The translations under genes were made by a program, and so were the position numbers. DNA of 51,734 nucleotides, from the NCBI RefSeq assembly GCF_001194135.2, contig NC_068993.1, positions 25,548,317-25,600,050 on the forward strand. Reading direction: 5' to 3'. Source of the stretch: Octopus bimaculoides. Its lineage: Eukaryota. Below the pieces are notes generated by a model, which was not told the DNA's origin, did not search any database, and saw only the letters and a list, made by a program, of their open reading frames with translations. Positions 24,951-37,768 of this stretch are shown piece after piece (the stretch's first letter is position 1; each line of letters opens with the position of its first letter).

Positions 24951-27537
24951 ACAATGACAACAGCTACAAGCCACAATAGATACTGTAAATAAATTTCTGG
25001 CATTTTACTTTTGCATCAGTTCTATGTCTGTCATGTAAAACAATAGCTACACTACTTATCATTACTTTTTACAAACACAGATACCTCTAAAACTATACAA
25101 ATTAGGTTATATTTGCTGTCATAGAGAAAGGTGTTAGAAGGAGAATTTCTGTGAGCGTATCTCTTGTGACTATCTGTGAAATTTGTACAATTCCTCTGCA
25201 GAAAGAAACTAACAAAAGAAAATAATATAAAGAGGGCAAAATATAAAAAGAAAAGAAAGGAAAGGAAACCCTTGAATCGTATAAAGACCAGAAGCTGATT
25301 TTTAACTGAGACACAGTGGCCAGGTCATAGAAGTGTGACAGAACTTTTTGACAAGTCATTATTACAAACATAAACTAAATATAATAGTTTTTGTACATTC
25401 TTATTTGACCAAATTGACTGTTGCATGACATAATTGATCATATGAAAGGAGTTACATCTTGATAGACCCTACAAAATCCAGTATTATTTGTTGACACAAT
25501 GTGTTTTGTAACAGAATACGATTAGCATTAATGGTATGTTTAACGCAATTGTTACAACTGTCATAATCATTATTATTGACTAAGTTGAGGTTATGAGCAA
25601 TGGTGGCTTGAGATTGATTCTGAGCATTAATGAGAACAATTTGATCAGTCACTTCTGAAAAGCTCTCAGATTAGGAACTATAAACAACTTAACAAAAGTC
25701 CTTGGCATAACAACGCTCAGGCATGGTAACATTAGCAGCTGATTCTGACTGGGATGCACGCAATGGGATAAAAGCCATCCTGCATGCCATTGTTCAGTTT
25801 TTATGCATTAGTGACTTGTGTTGAACAGCTGCTGTTGCATGGAGGATGAATCTGGTTGTCCACCAAATCTATAGTGAAGCTTGATGTGTCACCTTCCTTT
25901 GTCAGGGAAGAGAAGCAAATCTCTGTTTGTTGGCTGTGGCAAAAAAGATCTTTTGATGAACTCATCTGAAAGATTTCAGATAGGCCCCTTTGTAAGTGGT
26001 AAAGCTCTTGCCAACCTTTATAATTACAACTTGAAGAGGAAGACAAGGGTAAAGAGGGAAGATCTGCTTTGTAGTGAATCTTTTAAAAGGTGGATGAAAA
26101 TGGCCAGACTGGCAAGTGCAATGGAGTTGCCTTGAGTATACATTTCTAAATGAGTAAAAAGAAACTGGGAAATGGCACTTTTGATGCCTTGGTAATAGAA
26201 GAGTAATCCAGGCCTCTTTGTGAGGAGATTCCCCAAATTACTCATGGTGGACTATTGCAGAATTTTTCTTGTTGAAATTTTTATTGGAATTCTATTTTTT
26301 TGTATTATTTGTTATATCTTTATTGTTGCTTACCTTCACCTTTTGTAAGTTGCTTCCTTCTTTTATAGTGTCCTCAATGTTTTGGGACATTGTGGCAAAA
26401 AGAAAACATTATCATTGCTGTTGTTGTTATCATCATCATCATCATCATTATTATTATTATTATTGTCCCTTGTAGAAGATACATGTTTCTACTTCTCTTT
26501 TGAGACATGACTTTATCCAAGCATTGCCAAATTTTCTTTGCAGTACTTGCCAAAAAGAATTTTAATTACCTGAGAATAGTCAACCCCCTCAAAAAGTGTG
26601 GTTTTATAGTTTATTTTATTTCATTAAACATGTTGGTCACATTTCACATCCAGCATGTTTACCAGATACAAACAATACAAGACAAAATATTGTAAATGCA
26701 AACAGGGTGAAAAAGTAATACCAAAATAATACCACAGAATGAACAGAAAGAAGAAAATAATAACAATTGATAGAAAAAATATTTCAAAATGTCAAATAAA
26801 CAATCTTGAAGATAACAACTACAACAATGACAATTGCACATATAGTGCAATTGTTCATATAGTGGCAGCATTAAATCTAATATTGCTTTAGCTGTAAGAC
26901 AGACGGTTTTTTTAGCTTTAACATGGTATGGGCAGGCATTTAAAGCAGGGATAATAATAAGAAACATATGGTTAGTGGTATCAGAATGGATTTGCAAGTC
27001 CTAATGCCCCCAAAAGACTACAAAATTTTACCATAACTATGCTGAGTGAGGACACAGATACAGAGGGCCTGAGTTTGATGGTACAAGGCAAATGTCTTGT
27101 TTCCACATAAGAGGTGAAAAAAGAAAAAACTACCTCAAAGCTCAGAAGAACTGGAAAGACTTAGCAAGAAAATGAAATGAACATCAATAGAAACAAGCAA
27201 ATGCAGTAGCAAGAGCAACAAGCTTTAGTTTCTAGAGCCTCATCAGTCAAAGCTCTGGGAATGACAAAGGTACACAGTCCTAGAAACAAGTGAGCAGATT
27301 CTCTATCCCTAAAGAGAGTAGCAACCAGTAGCATCGCTCCATTATCATGTGATGAGGAAGACATAATGGCTGCAGAGGAAAATATTCAATTGTTGGTGTG
27401 TATCAGTGTGGGGATTCAAAAGGAAAGTACTAAAAATCACAAAGAGAAAAGTTAATACAAAATGATTAAAGTGTGTCGGAGGAACTAACTCATCAAAACA
27501 AGAATGATGTTTATCATCGAAATAATTATGAAGAAGA

Positions 27538-27760
27538 TGGTGCCACATAAAAAGCACCCAGTACACTCTATAAAGTAGCTGGCATTAGGAAGAGCATCCA
27601 GTCCTATAAACCAAGCCAATACAGACAACGGAACCTGATGTAGCACCTGGTCTTGTCAGTTTCTGTCAAGCCATCCAACACATGCCAGCATAAAAAATAG
27701 GCATTAAATGTTGATGATGATGATGATGATGAAGATGAAGATGAAGATGATGACGATGAA
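27538..27760 (+). mobile_element. Retroposon 3' end with (GAT)n tail, family B
   Basis: Shares CCAGTACA...GGCATTA(G/A)GAAG(A/G)GCATCCAG...CCATGCCAGCAT...(GAT)n with the copies at 33592, 43626 and 49350. Confidence 0.75.
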
Positions 27761-28123
27761 CTGAAATTCACTGCTCTGTGAAAATCTAATGACAGCTAAT
27801 AGACAAAATCATGTATCTGTGGTGTCATGGATATCCCAATGAGATAAAAGTGACAATGTTGCAGTTGGGTTTGAAATACAGAAAACACACGAAGGACAGC
27901 TTGTTAATAAAAGCAAAGCAAAGACATTATGAATAACTGACTCAGTTCTATTGTAAAGACACAAATCTTATCTTTTCCTACCACCTCAGTATGAGATAGC
28001 ATAAAGACTACTAGCATGATCCTAGTGCTGGGTATGGTACTAATTATTGGGAGTAGGTATATTAGTTTGAAGCTAGATAAATGCTTTTTTTTTTCAAAAG
28101 ACTGAAATTGCTGCTATACTTAC

Positions 28124-28246
28124 CAGAACAAATATGTCTATTTTTGTGCAATCTATAACCAGCTATGCATTTGCAACTATAGCCACCCAGTTCATTAACA
28201 CATATCTGGTTGCATTTACCATTGTTTTCTTCACATTCATTGATAT
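28124..28246 (-). CDS. Exon: calcium-binding EGF ([41 protein letters not shown]), absent from the ORF track
   Basis: Translated by hand. catctag|ATATCA acceptor, TCTG|gtaagt donor, 123 nt, six Cys, no stops. Confidence 0.93.
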
Positions 28247-28863
28247 CTAGATGTGGTATAAGGGTATAAAAGTTGACAACATAAAAATGGTAGTTTTTGG
28301 TATACTAATCAGCTGGTGTAATTAGTATACCAATGATGATGTGGTTGAAAAGAAAATCATGAAAGTGATATATTTATAAGATGGTATGATGGTAAGGCAA
28401 TATGATACTCATATGGGGATACAGTGGTCTAATAATATGCTTATAATACAGTAACAAGGCTTACAGGAGTACAGTGGATTACAGGTATTGTGGTATGGAA
28501 AAAGGATAAAAATATAATGTTAAAATGGTAAAATATCAAGAAGATATCTTCTATGAAAATAGTTACAGAAATTTTTTGTACATTTATGGGCTGATCAAAT
28601 CATACCACAATGGAGAGAAGGGATCAAATCACACTACAATAATGGAGTCAGATGAAGTTTCAATAGAATTGTTAAATTATGGCATTATTTTGTAATCAGT
28701 TTAAGAGATAATCAAATAGATATGCACCATGGAATATCTAGATCGATTTACTTTGAAGTAGACATATCAAGAAATAACAGAACACAGCATGATAAAATCG
28801 ATTGATTGAATAAAGAATTTCATAGAATGGCCAAGTGAATGGAATAAATCATGAAATATTTAC

Positions 28864-29058
28864 CTCTACAAGTGATATTATGTCCTGACCAAGAGCCAGT
28901 CTTCAAGCATATTACCGTCGAAGGACCTTCCATATTAAAACCTTTTAAACAAGTGATATGACATCTTTGGCCAAATTTTAATCTTTGATTTCTCTGGCAT
29001 AAGTGGTTTTTTATAACTGCATGTTCAGGAACTTGAAAATTTTCACAGCCATCACTTG
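28864..29058 (-). CDS. Exon: 6-Cys Sushi/CCP domain (PSDGCENFQVPEHAVIKNHLCQRNQRLKFGQRCHITCLKGFNMEGPSTVICLKTGSWSGHNITCR)
   Basis: tatgcag|CAAGTG acceptor, AGAG|gtaaat donor, 195 nt. Same length and DGCxxFQVP start as the Sushi exon at 20242. Confidence 0.92.
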
Positions 29059-29327
29059 CTGCATATGACAATTTAAAACCCAGAAAAAAGGTAGTTAAAG
29101 AGCTTTATATGATACAGAACTTCTTGTATTTTGGATGCATGCAGGAAGTTTTATGATTGTTATAATAAAAAGAGACAGCACCCACTATATTTTCAGACAG
29201 TCTGAGAATGTGGGATATTGATAATTGGGTGAGATTAAAGTGGTTTATGTTTTGCTTGAATGACAACAAGCTGATAGAAGAAGCATAAAAATATGAAGAG
29301 AGATTAATGGTACTTCAATGATTGTAA

Positions 29328-29373
<46 letters not shown>

Positions 29374-29401
29374 NNNNNNNNNNNNNNNNNNNNNNNNNNN
29401 N

Positions 29402-29447
<46 letters not shown>

Positions 29448-29604
29448 CATAAATTTATATAAATAAGGATAAGATCATTATTTAAAATACCGGTCATATC
29501 AAGTGGCTGGCATGAGAATAAAAACCTCATAGGTAATAATCATTATTAATAATTAATAATAATTATTTTATATGTATACACACACACACACACATATATA
29601 TATA

Positions 29605-30788
29605 CAAGATCTGTCCAGAGAGAAACCACTTGGGGCAGCAAGCTCATGACAACAGTTTTGTGTATAGGTGACCTTCACCTTCAATCTGATAATAGTCACA
29701 TGACACTATATAAGTTGGTCATTGAGCTATGTATGCTGGACTAAATATATATTTAGTACACTTGATAATTTGTCCCAAATTAACCAATGAAGGATTTGAA
29801 AGAGAATAACAAAAGATTTGTGTGAATTTCGGTTTAAAACTGGAAAAAAACAAGTTGTGTCTTAAAAAGACACAACATGATGTCAGTGGGGGATTATTTG
29901 AACTGCACAGAATTCACAATTGGTACAGCTGTTTCAGAGAGTACATCCACCGAAAAGGATCCACGACAGCGGTTAGGAAAAGTATGTTCTGTGATCTGTG
30001 AAAATTATTGTCTAACTGTCTGGAGAATTTCCAAAGAATGAGACATCTGCGAAAATTTGTGGTACATGATTTTAAAAAATTGAAGATGCATCACACTGCC
30101 TTCAAAATCTGTTGATGGATGAACAGTCAGTCATGAGCTGTTTTATTAGTTGAATGCAGTTAAAACCTTTTTTGAAAAGTATCAGAGCAGGTGACAAAAT
30201 GTGGCCATACAGCTATGATGTTGAAACAAAGAGGCAATCATCAGAGTGAACTGGATCATCCTTGCTCCATGAACAGAAAAAATTAAGAATTTCAAAGTGA
30301 TATTGGTTTTTTTGAATGGAAGGTAGTCAATCAATAAAGAGCTGTCAATCAACAAAGAGCTGAATGTCCAGAGGTGTTTGAGACAAACAGTGTGAAGGCA
30401 GAAGCCTGAGGTATGGAGAAACAACACCTAAAAGCTGCACCCTGGTCACACACTTGCTCATGGGATATTTATCACCCACAACTTTTTGACAAGTCACATG
30501 GTAATCATAATCTCCTAGCTACCCTTCTTTCCAGATTTGATCGCTGAAGAGTTTTTGGTTTTGTTTCTAAAATATCTAAAAAATTTGTTATGAGGACTGT
30601 GCACTACCTTTGAAAATAAGTTCCAGGCGGTGTTCCAAAATTGGAAAAACAAACCCATTGTGATTGTTTAATCAAGAGTTGAGAGAAATATTTTGAAGAA
30701 AACAAATCTGACTGAATTGTAAATAAAGCAATAAATTTGTATCTAAGAAGAAAAGAAAAAGTCCAATTTAGTTTTTGGATAGACCTCA
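29605..30788 (+). mobile_element. Near-full-length, heavily decayed mariner element
   Basis: Degenerate TIRs TA|CAAGATCTGTCCAGA and TGAGGTCTATCCAAA; relic peptides IRAGDKMWPYSYDVETKRQSSE (cf. ITGDETW..YDPETKRQS) and a PDL...F-like segment. Confidence 0.7.
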
Positions 30789-31663
30789 CAGTGGATGAGG
30801 GAACAAGTTATATATTATTATGAATTACATTGTATTATATAATCATAAATAATACAATTTTAACTCTTCACAGACAGTAATTGTGTCAACATTGTGATAG
30901 TGTGTAACAGTGAAACTCTTGCAATGAAGATAGATCTATTGTGAGTGGGAAATGAGTAAGCATGACCTGAAATGTTGGAAGGAATATAAATGGTAAATGT
31001 GAGAGGGAATCACATATCAAAAGAATCCAGAGTTTGTGTCAACAACAGAATGTAATGCAGACATCAAATTATGAAGAAAACAATCAGTATGTATATTACA
31101 TAATAAAGAAAAGAATAGAAAAGATATTGATATTTCGTTTTGATGAGGTAGATAGATACAGAAAAATAGGGAAAGTGTGCATGTTGCACAGCCAAGTGAT
31201 GTTGTAAAGTAACACAGAGTATGAAGTAGGTAAATCTACCTGCAACACACTGAAGGGAATGAAGTAAATATAATCCATTGGGTAGTCAAAGTGTACTCTC
31301 AAGTTAGACTAAATGAATGTAAAGTGAGAAACTACATTACTATCAATGTGTAATTGAAATTGTATGTTCAATGAACAGGTATTATATAGTAAATGAACAA
31401 ATATAAACCAAATATATACCTGAGGAAAGACCAATCAAACTGTTCATCCATTCCTATACTTTTATCTGTAAAAGGAATAAATGAAAAGAGATGCTTCTTT
31501 CCATAGATAGAACAGTGTTTTCTATGATCTTGGAGCATATAAAAGAGGACAATAAACAGATATTGATGAACTTAATAAGAATTCTGAAGTTGACACAGGT
31601 GAGAACTAAAGTTGGAAACCTCTCAATAAAAGTAAGAACAAGATGAAAACATAATTGACTCAC

Positions 31664-31786
31664 GTAGACAGGAATGGCCATTAGTTGATAAAGTATAACC
31701 TTCGTTACATGTGCAGTGAAAGCTACCTACATCATTGACACATTGATGACTGCAGTTACCATTGTTGAAATCACACTCATTGGTCT
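31664..31786 (-). CDS. Exon: calcium-binding EGF (ETNECDFNNGNCSHQCVNDVGSFHCTCNEGYTLSTNGHSCL)
   Basis: ctccacag|AGACCA acceptor, CTAC|gtgagt donor, 123 nt. Confidence 0.93.
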
Positions 31787-32453
31787 CTGTGGAGTTAAAA
31801 CAACATTTCATTTGATACATGAATATATCATTGTCAAATATTTGAATATAAAGTGTGTAGTAGAGACTTTGTATATTAGTATTAGTTGTTAAATAGATGC
31901 AGTCAGCATCTATTTAACAATACCATTTACACATAGAACTAAGTACAAAGATATTTGATCAAAATTATTGTTCTGCTGATACTCTACCTGTTTCCATTGT
32001 CCTTCTTGTGAACTTATTGTCCTATTTTGATTTAAAATATGTTATTCTTATTTCAAAGAAAGTAGGGAATTTACTGAGAGAGTCTTTTGCAGGTGCAAAC
32101 AAGTTACAGAGAAGTTCTGTTTTTAGTTCCCATCACTATCTTGACACTTGTTAAAGTGTCATAGAGTGTCATTAACTCAAAGTAAACGATACTGCAACCA
32201 TTATGGTCAGTTCTTATATGATAGGGTAACTATCATTCCGGGTAGTGGATACTTTAATCAGACTTCAGGTATGAATAATATGATATTTAAAGAATAACTA
32301 TACATATGTAAACTGTTTTACATACATTCGGCATAATCTTTCAAGTCATTTATAAAGAATCTATGTATAAAGACGAAGTTTATTGTTCTATTTTCTAATC
32401 AACAAAACTGAAAAATAATTATAATTTCTATTTTACCATTTTCTGATGGATAT

Positions 32454-32668
32454 CGGTTTCAAATTTTGGCACAAGGTCAGAGATTTCAGGGAAGTGCGTA
32501 AGTTGATTACATCAACCTCTATGCTCTACTGGTACTTATTTTATCAAACCCAAAAGGATGAAAGGCAAAGTTGACCTCAGCAGAATTTGAATTCAGAAAG
32601 TAAGGACGGATGAAATGCTGCTAAGCATTTTATCTGGTGGGCTAATGATTCTGCCAGCTCACTGCCTT
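32454..32668 (-). mobile_element. SINE family A copy
   Basis: Reverse complement of the family A consensus seen at 8051. Confidence 0.8.
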
Positions 32669-33591
32669 TTTTCTGGTTGATATTAAGGGTGCTCTCTATC
32701 TATGAACAGTTGTCTTAAAAATTTATTCTGATTTATTAATCACCATACCACTTATGTAACCATACTAAATTAAATTCTACAGTAGTCTTTGCTTCTCTGA
32801 AAATGTTGATTGTATATCATGCACATAGGGACTGAGGCTATTCACTAACCCAGACATCTCCTCTAATCCTCCTGTTCATCTCCCTTGTTAAACTTCAGTG
32901 TATTTGTCCTTGTTTAGCCTTAGGTCAGCCCTCATCAAGAGACCTATGATAAAAGACATTCCAGCTTTGACTATCATGTCTTTTCGAATATCTTGGACGA
33001 CACTGTTCAACATAGTCCTCCAGCTTAAGCTAGAAGGGTGGGATTTGAAGGAATTTTTCAGCTATTTCTAGCAGTAAAGCGATCACACAGAGGTTTCTTC
33101 ATTAAACAATGGTCCTTAAATAGATTGGAAATAGTGAATGTGAAAAACAAAAATTAATAGTGAAGGTTGAGGAAAGGAAGTAACAAGAAGAAACTGAAGT
33201 TAATGGAAGGACAATGGCCAGCTCTATCCATTTTCCAAGTTTGCTAAAGAGTTCTTGGTGATATTATCTCCAACTTCTGACGATTATCCTACCTCTAGCA
33301 TTTCTGTCTTTTGTTACCTTCGTCTCACCTTCCTTTAACCTTTTCTATTTACTGTTTTACTCCTTACACTCACTGCTTTCCACTGTGAATGAAATCTACT
33401 CATGACAAATAAATTGATTGGATGTGATTTCATCTCCCATCAAGGAACACTTCTACCAAAAGTTTTATACTTCTAATATTTCTCACAGTTCACTCCATTT
33501 TGCAAACATCTTGTACATTATTTGCTATTGAAGGAGATCATTGTCAGTTTCCATGGAATATATTGTACCTTGAACAATTAACCTAACCCTT

Positions 33592-33790
33592 CATCATCAT
33601 CATCCTCATTTAGTGTCCGTTTTCCATGCTGGCATGGGTAAGACAGTTTGACTGGAACCGGTAAGCCAGAGAGCTGCACCAGGCTCCAGTCTGTTTTGAC
33701 TTAATTTCTATGGCTGGATGTCCTTCCTAACACTCTCCATAGAGTGTACTGGGCATCTTTTACATGTCACTAGCACTGTCACTGGCACTC
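33592..33790 (-). mobile_element. Family B retroposon end, (CAT)n tail on + strand
   Basis: Reverse complement of the copy at 49350. Confidence 0.75.
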
Positions 33791-34252
33791 TAGAATTTCT
33801 TATCTCCACTAATCTTCAAAATATTTGATAGAATGTTAACTATATTGTTATTCTTATCTCAATGTCTGGGACAAGCTCCAGAAAATGGCTGTATGGTATT
33901 TCATTGTTTAACTAATAAATATAAAATGCATTCATATAACATACCCAGTATCAAAAATGATCAAGTCTTTATTAAATAATGTGTCTGATGAAAAGACAAA
34001 ATCTGTCATGACAACATAACCCTTGATCATAGATCTGGTCAGATGTGGCTGGCCTGGGTTGAAATAATAATAACAATAATATGTACAATAATTATTGAAT
34101 GCATTTCAGCATCTACATGCAAACTAAATCAAACTCAGATGATCATCTTTAGGGACTGTCATAATTGTTAGGCCCACCAAGATGTGAGTCTTAACAAAAT
34201 GTAATTGAATCATATTTACAAACTCTTCCAAAATCATTAAAAAATGGCTTAC

Positions 34253-34378
34253 CTTCACAAGTATACATGTCGCCATACAACATGCGATATCCTTCGTTGC
34301 AGTCACATTTATAGCTACCAATTGTATTGATACAGACCTGATTGCATTTTCCATTGTTTTCAGCACATTCATCAATAT
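34253..34378 (-). CDS. Exon: calcium-binding EGF ([42 protein letters not shown])
   Basis: ttttag|ATATTG acceptor, GAAG|gtaagc donor, 126 nt. Confidence 0.95.
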
Positions 34379-34754
34379 CTAAAATGATAACAGGGATCAA
34401 TTGTAAAAGCTTCAGCTGACTGAGTTGATTAGTCAAAAGGTTGATTATTTGAATCACTGCTCAAACATTTACCTTTCAATGGTCCATTCTGTCTAGCAGC
34501 AAATAAAGGTCATAAAGAAACACATATCAGCTACACAAGAGCAACAGAGGTTCCACTTTCTTATGGTTCTGAACTCAAATCCTTCCATGGGTTTCTAGAG
34601 GGAAAACCACTGCAGTATACTCCCTTCTAAATTATTGCCCATGTCTTCAAATCAAAGTAATTTCATATAAATACATTTGTTTTTATTGGATATTTTGTTG
34701 ACTGACAGATATTTATCATAACTCACTGCACATTTTGAGGGAGTTTGTCTAGGT

Positions 34755-35011
34755 CAGCAGTTCTGAAGCAAGGTCCAAATGACCCTTGGTGGGGGTCCAT
34801 ATAAGATTTTGTTGTTAAAATTTATGTGCAACGCATTAGTTATTCTTCTACAATATATAAAAAATTTTAACAATATTTCTATGCAGTTCCTAATATTTAA
34901 TTATAAAAATATGATAATAGATTTAAAAAAAAAGAATAACTATGAAGGTCCACCGAAGTAAAATAGGAATCAAAGGGGTCCATAGGTAAAAAAAATGGTG
35001 GAGAAGCATTG
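34755..35011. mobile_element. hAT-type MITE, 257 bp
   Basis: Degenerate CAGTGGTTCTCAACC-like ends; near-perfect 8-bp TSD GTCTAGGT / GTTTAGGT; subterminal GGGGTCCATA repeats. Confidence 0.6.
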
Positions 35012-35345
35012 GTTTAGGTCAAGTGAGGGTTGCTCTCTACGTAATGTATCTAAGTTAAGCCAGACTTGATCTCCATGCAGTGTGTCAGGATCAAGTCTAC
35101 AACAATGAGCTATATCACCTCCAGCTTTACATATTTACAACTATAAGAACTAAACTATCGAGTTATGTGTTTTTGGGATAAATGCAGTTCAACAACAATG
35201 CAGAGACGCAAACTATTAAATGCTTAGCTAGAAAAGCAGCTTTCTATGGCAACATATTTTGACAACTTTAGAAATATCACATCCTTAACATCAGAATAAA
35301 ACATTTTCAAAGGAGTTAGTTATGACTAAATAATTAGTAACTTAC

Positions 35346-35471
35346 CAACACATTCTGAACTACTGTTGCTTTGGAGTTGGAAGCCACTAGCACAATAACA
35401 GTATGGCGCCTCTTGACTAAGTTTACAGTACTGGGAGCAGTTTAGTCCAATTTGCAGACATGGATGGATAT
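35346..35471 (-). CDS. Exon: EGF-like domain, probably not calcium-binding (DIHPCLQIGLNCSQYCKLSQEAPYCYCASGFQLQSNSSSECV)
   Basis: ttaacag|ATATCC acceptor, GTTG|gtaagt donor, 126 nt. Six Cys in EGF spacing but lacks the D/N-E and CxN motifs. Confidence 0.9.
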
Positions 35472-35497
35472 CTGTTAAAAAATGTTTATAGATATTC

Positions 35498-35533
<36 letters not shown>

Positions 35534-35624
35534 GTATGTATCTGTGTGTGTGTGTATGTGTGTGTATACATATATATATACACATGCATATACATATATA
35601 TATACACATATATACATGTGGGTA

Positions 35625-35684
<60 letters not shown>

Positions 35685-36354
35685 TACACACACACATATA
35701 TATATACATATATGTATATATGCACATGAACAACGATGTCTCTTTGCAATTGCTCTCAGATTGTTGAGATCAACTCTTTTGACATTCAGGTGTGATATTC
35801 GTTCGGGTATGGTAGAATCCCCAAAGCATAGTAGTTATACAGAGGAGGATGTTTAGTGTAGGGTTTGTAGAGTAAGATAGAATAGGAGTGTTGTAAGGAG
35901 GAGGAGAATTAGATGCAAGAAATAGCTTTTGAAACAGGTAGTATTTCTTTACGGTTTAGTTAAAAGAGGAAGGGCAACATAAGTGCTGTGTAATGAGACT
36001 GAACTCAAAGCCACATTGTTATGAAACAAAATTCTTAACTAGATCTGCTGATTTTAATAGTTTATAGAAACAGAAGTTATTAAGAGAAGAGGCAGAAATG
36101 GTAAACAGAAGGAGATCATAAGTGAGAAATTTGGGGAGGCAGTAGATATGTTTAAAGTGTTTATTAGTGTCAAGGGCAACATCACATTCACTGAAGAACA
36201 AGAGATCACTGGTGTGTGATGTAGGACAGTGGCTTTCCTGAAGATCCTGTGGTCAATGAATAGAAAGTTAAGATGACAGGAGGGTTGGTTGGTTGGTTGT
36301 TCATGATTATTTCCACTATTTTAGATGTGTTGTAAATGAGGGTAATTGGGGTGA

Positions 36355-36673
36355 AGGCATGTGGCTTAGTGGTTAGGGCATTTGACTCACGATTGTAAGA
36401 TTGTGAGTTCAATTCTCAGTGGCGTGTTGTGTCCTTGAGCAAAACACTTTGTTTCACATTGCTCCAGTCCACTCAGCTAGCAAAATGAGTTGTACCTGTA
36501 ATTCAAGGGGCCAACCTTGTCATATTCAGTGTCACACTGAGTCTCCTTGAGAACTATGTTAAGGGTACACATGTCTGTGGAGTGTTCAGCCACTTGCATC
36601 TTAATTTCACAAGCAGGCTGTTCCATTGATTGGATCAACTGGGACCCTTGTCATCATAAGCAACAGAGTGCCA
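36355..36673 (+). mobile_element. tRNA-derived SINE, family C
   Basis: A box TGGCTTAGTGG, B box GAGTTCAATTC, then GTCCTTGAGCAAAACACTTT; partial relative at ~49625-49805. Confidence 0.75.
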
Positions 36674-36859
36674 GTTAATTGGGGTGATATTTTGGCAGAA
36701 CCTGAAGAGTTGCACATTTTAGGCTCTGACACTTTTACTTGGCTTTTCCAGATCAGAGATATCCATCAACAGGTAACAAGACTGCTTAACTTTAGGACAT
36801 GTATGAAAGAAATGGCAGTTGTGATGTTTATTCCTCTAAAATAAGGCAGCTTTGAATTG

Positions 36860-37490
36860 TGTATGTGAAGTTAAGGAGTTACTAATAGTTTGAAAGGTTA
36901 CATGACATTCTATCTTCCAATACTTCTGTGAGTGTGAAGAATTACAGCTAAATTTTCATCCTTTTATTTCTTTTATTGGGTTGGTCTGAAGAATGACTGT
37001 GCACATGACATTCAGATGTTGTGCAGTACTGGTGAGATCAGCAAAGTTGAATACAGGAAAAGATATATGCTGGGAGGAGGAATACCACAGGATTAGTATT
37101 ATAGGGATAAAGAACTGAGCGTAGGGATTAGTGCAAAACCTGAGGCTGGGGACACAATAAGGGTGATGTAAGGAGGAGAGGTGAGTGTCAAGAATACTTG
37201 AGTGGATGTGACATAAAGTGAGCCAGCTTTGAGGAGCAGCGGCAACTGTAGTAGCAGTAGAAAAGGGAGAGGGAGGAAACACAGCACAGCTGTGAGTCAG
37301 AAGCTGGAGTGTGTTGATGAGTAATTTTATGCCAATCAAGTAAGTGGCTTCTTTGAATGCAGAATTGAAGGGGAGCCTGTGCAGTGCTGTTGGGATTTAA
37401 GTGTGGAAGAAATACAGGCTAGCAAGAAGGTCTAAAAGTTATAGTTGTTGGGAGGTTCAATTACAAAAAAATAGTATGGGATCAATAAAT
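36860..37490 (-). mobile_element. CR1/L2-like LINE 3' remnant
   Basis: HHPYCV...CTNPYAQFFIP...LW resembles the HP.V..RT..Y..SF.P.T..LWN LINE tail; same type as 12040-12615. Confidence 0.5.
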
Positions 37491-37718
37491 TTGGGCACAG
37501 TGTGTGTGTGTGTGCGCGTGTGCGTGTGTTTCTCTAAACCATTGATGTTGCAGCAAAACTAACAAAAGGATGACACAGATGGACAAATAGTGGTAGAATG
37601 GTGAATGAAGGTTTGCTAAACAAGCAAACAGGTCAACACACACACACGTGTGTGAGTACACGTGTGTGTGTGTGTGTGAGTGTGTAAGAGTGTATATATC
37701 TATCTATCTATATAAGTA

Positions 37719-37768
<50 letters not shown>

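Noticed and set aside
25452-25680. QIVLINAQNQSQATIAHNLN, resembling a Tc1 N-terminal helix-turn-helix
   Set aside because: Too short, with no TIR or catalytic motif found.
32110-32275. Possible second hammerhead or PLE terminal repeat on the minus strand
   Set aside because: Neither CUGANGA nor GAAA is intact, so it cannot be supported from this copy.
36355-36420. tRNA gene-like A and B boxes
   Set aside because: No complete cloverleaf, and it continues into a SINE body; a SINE head, not a tRNA gene.
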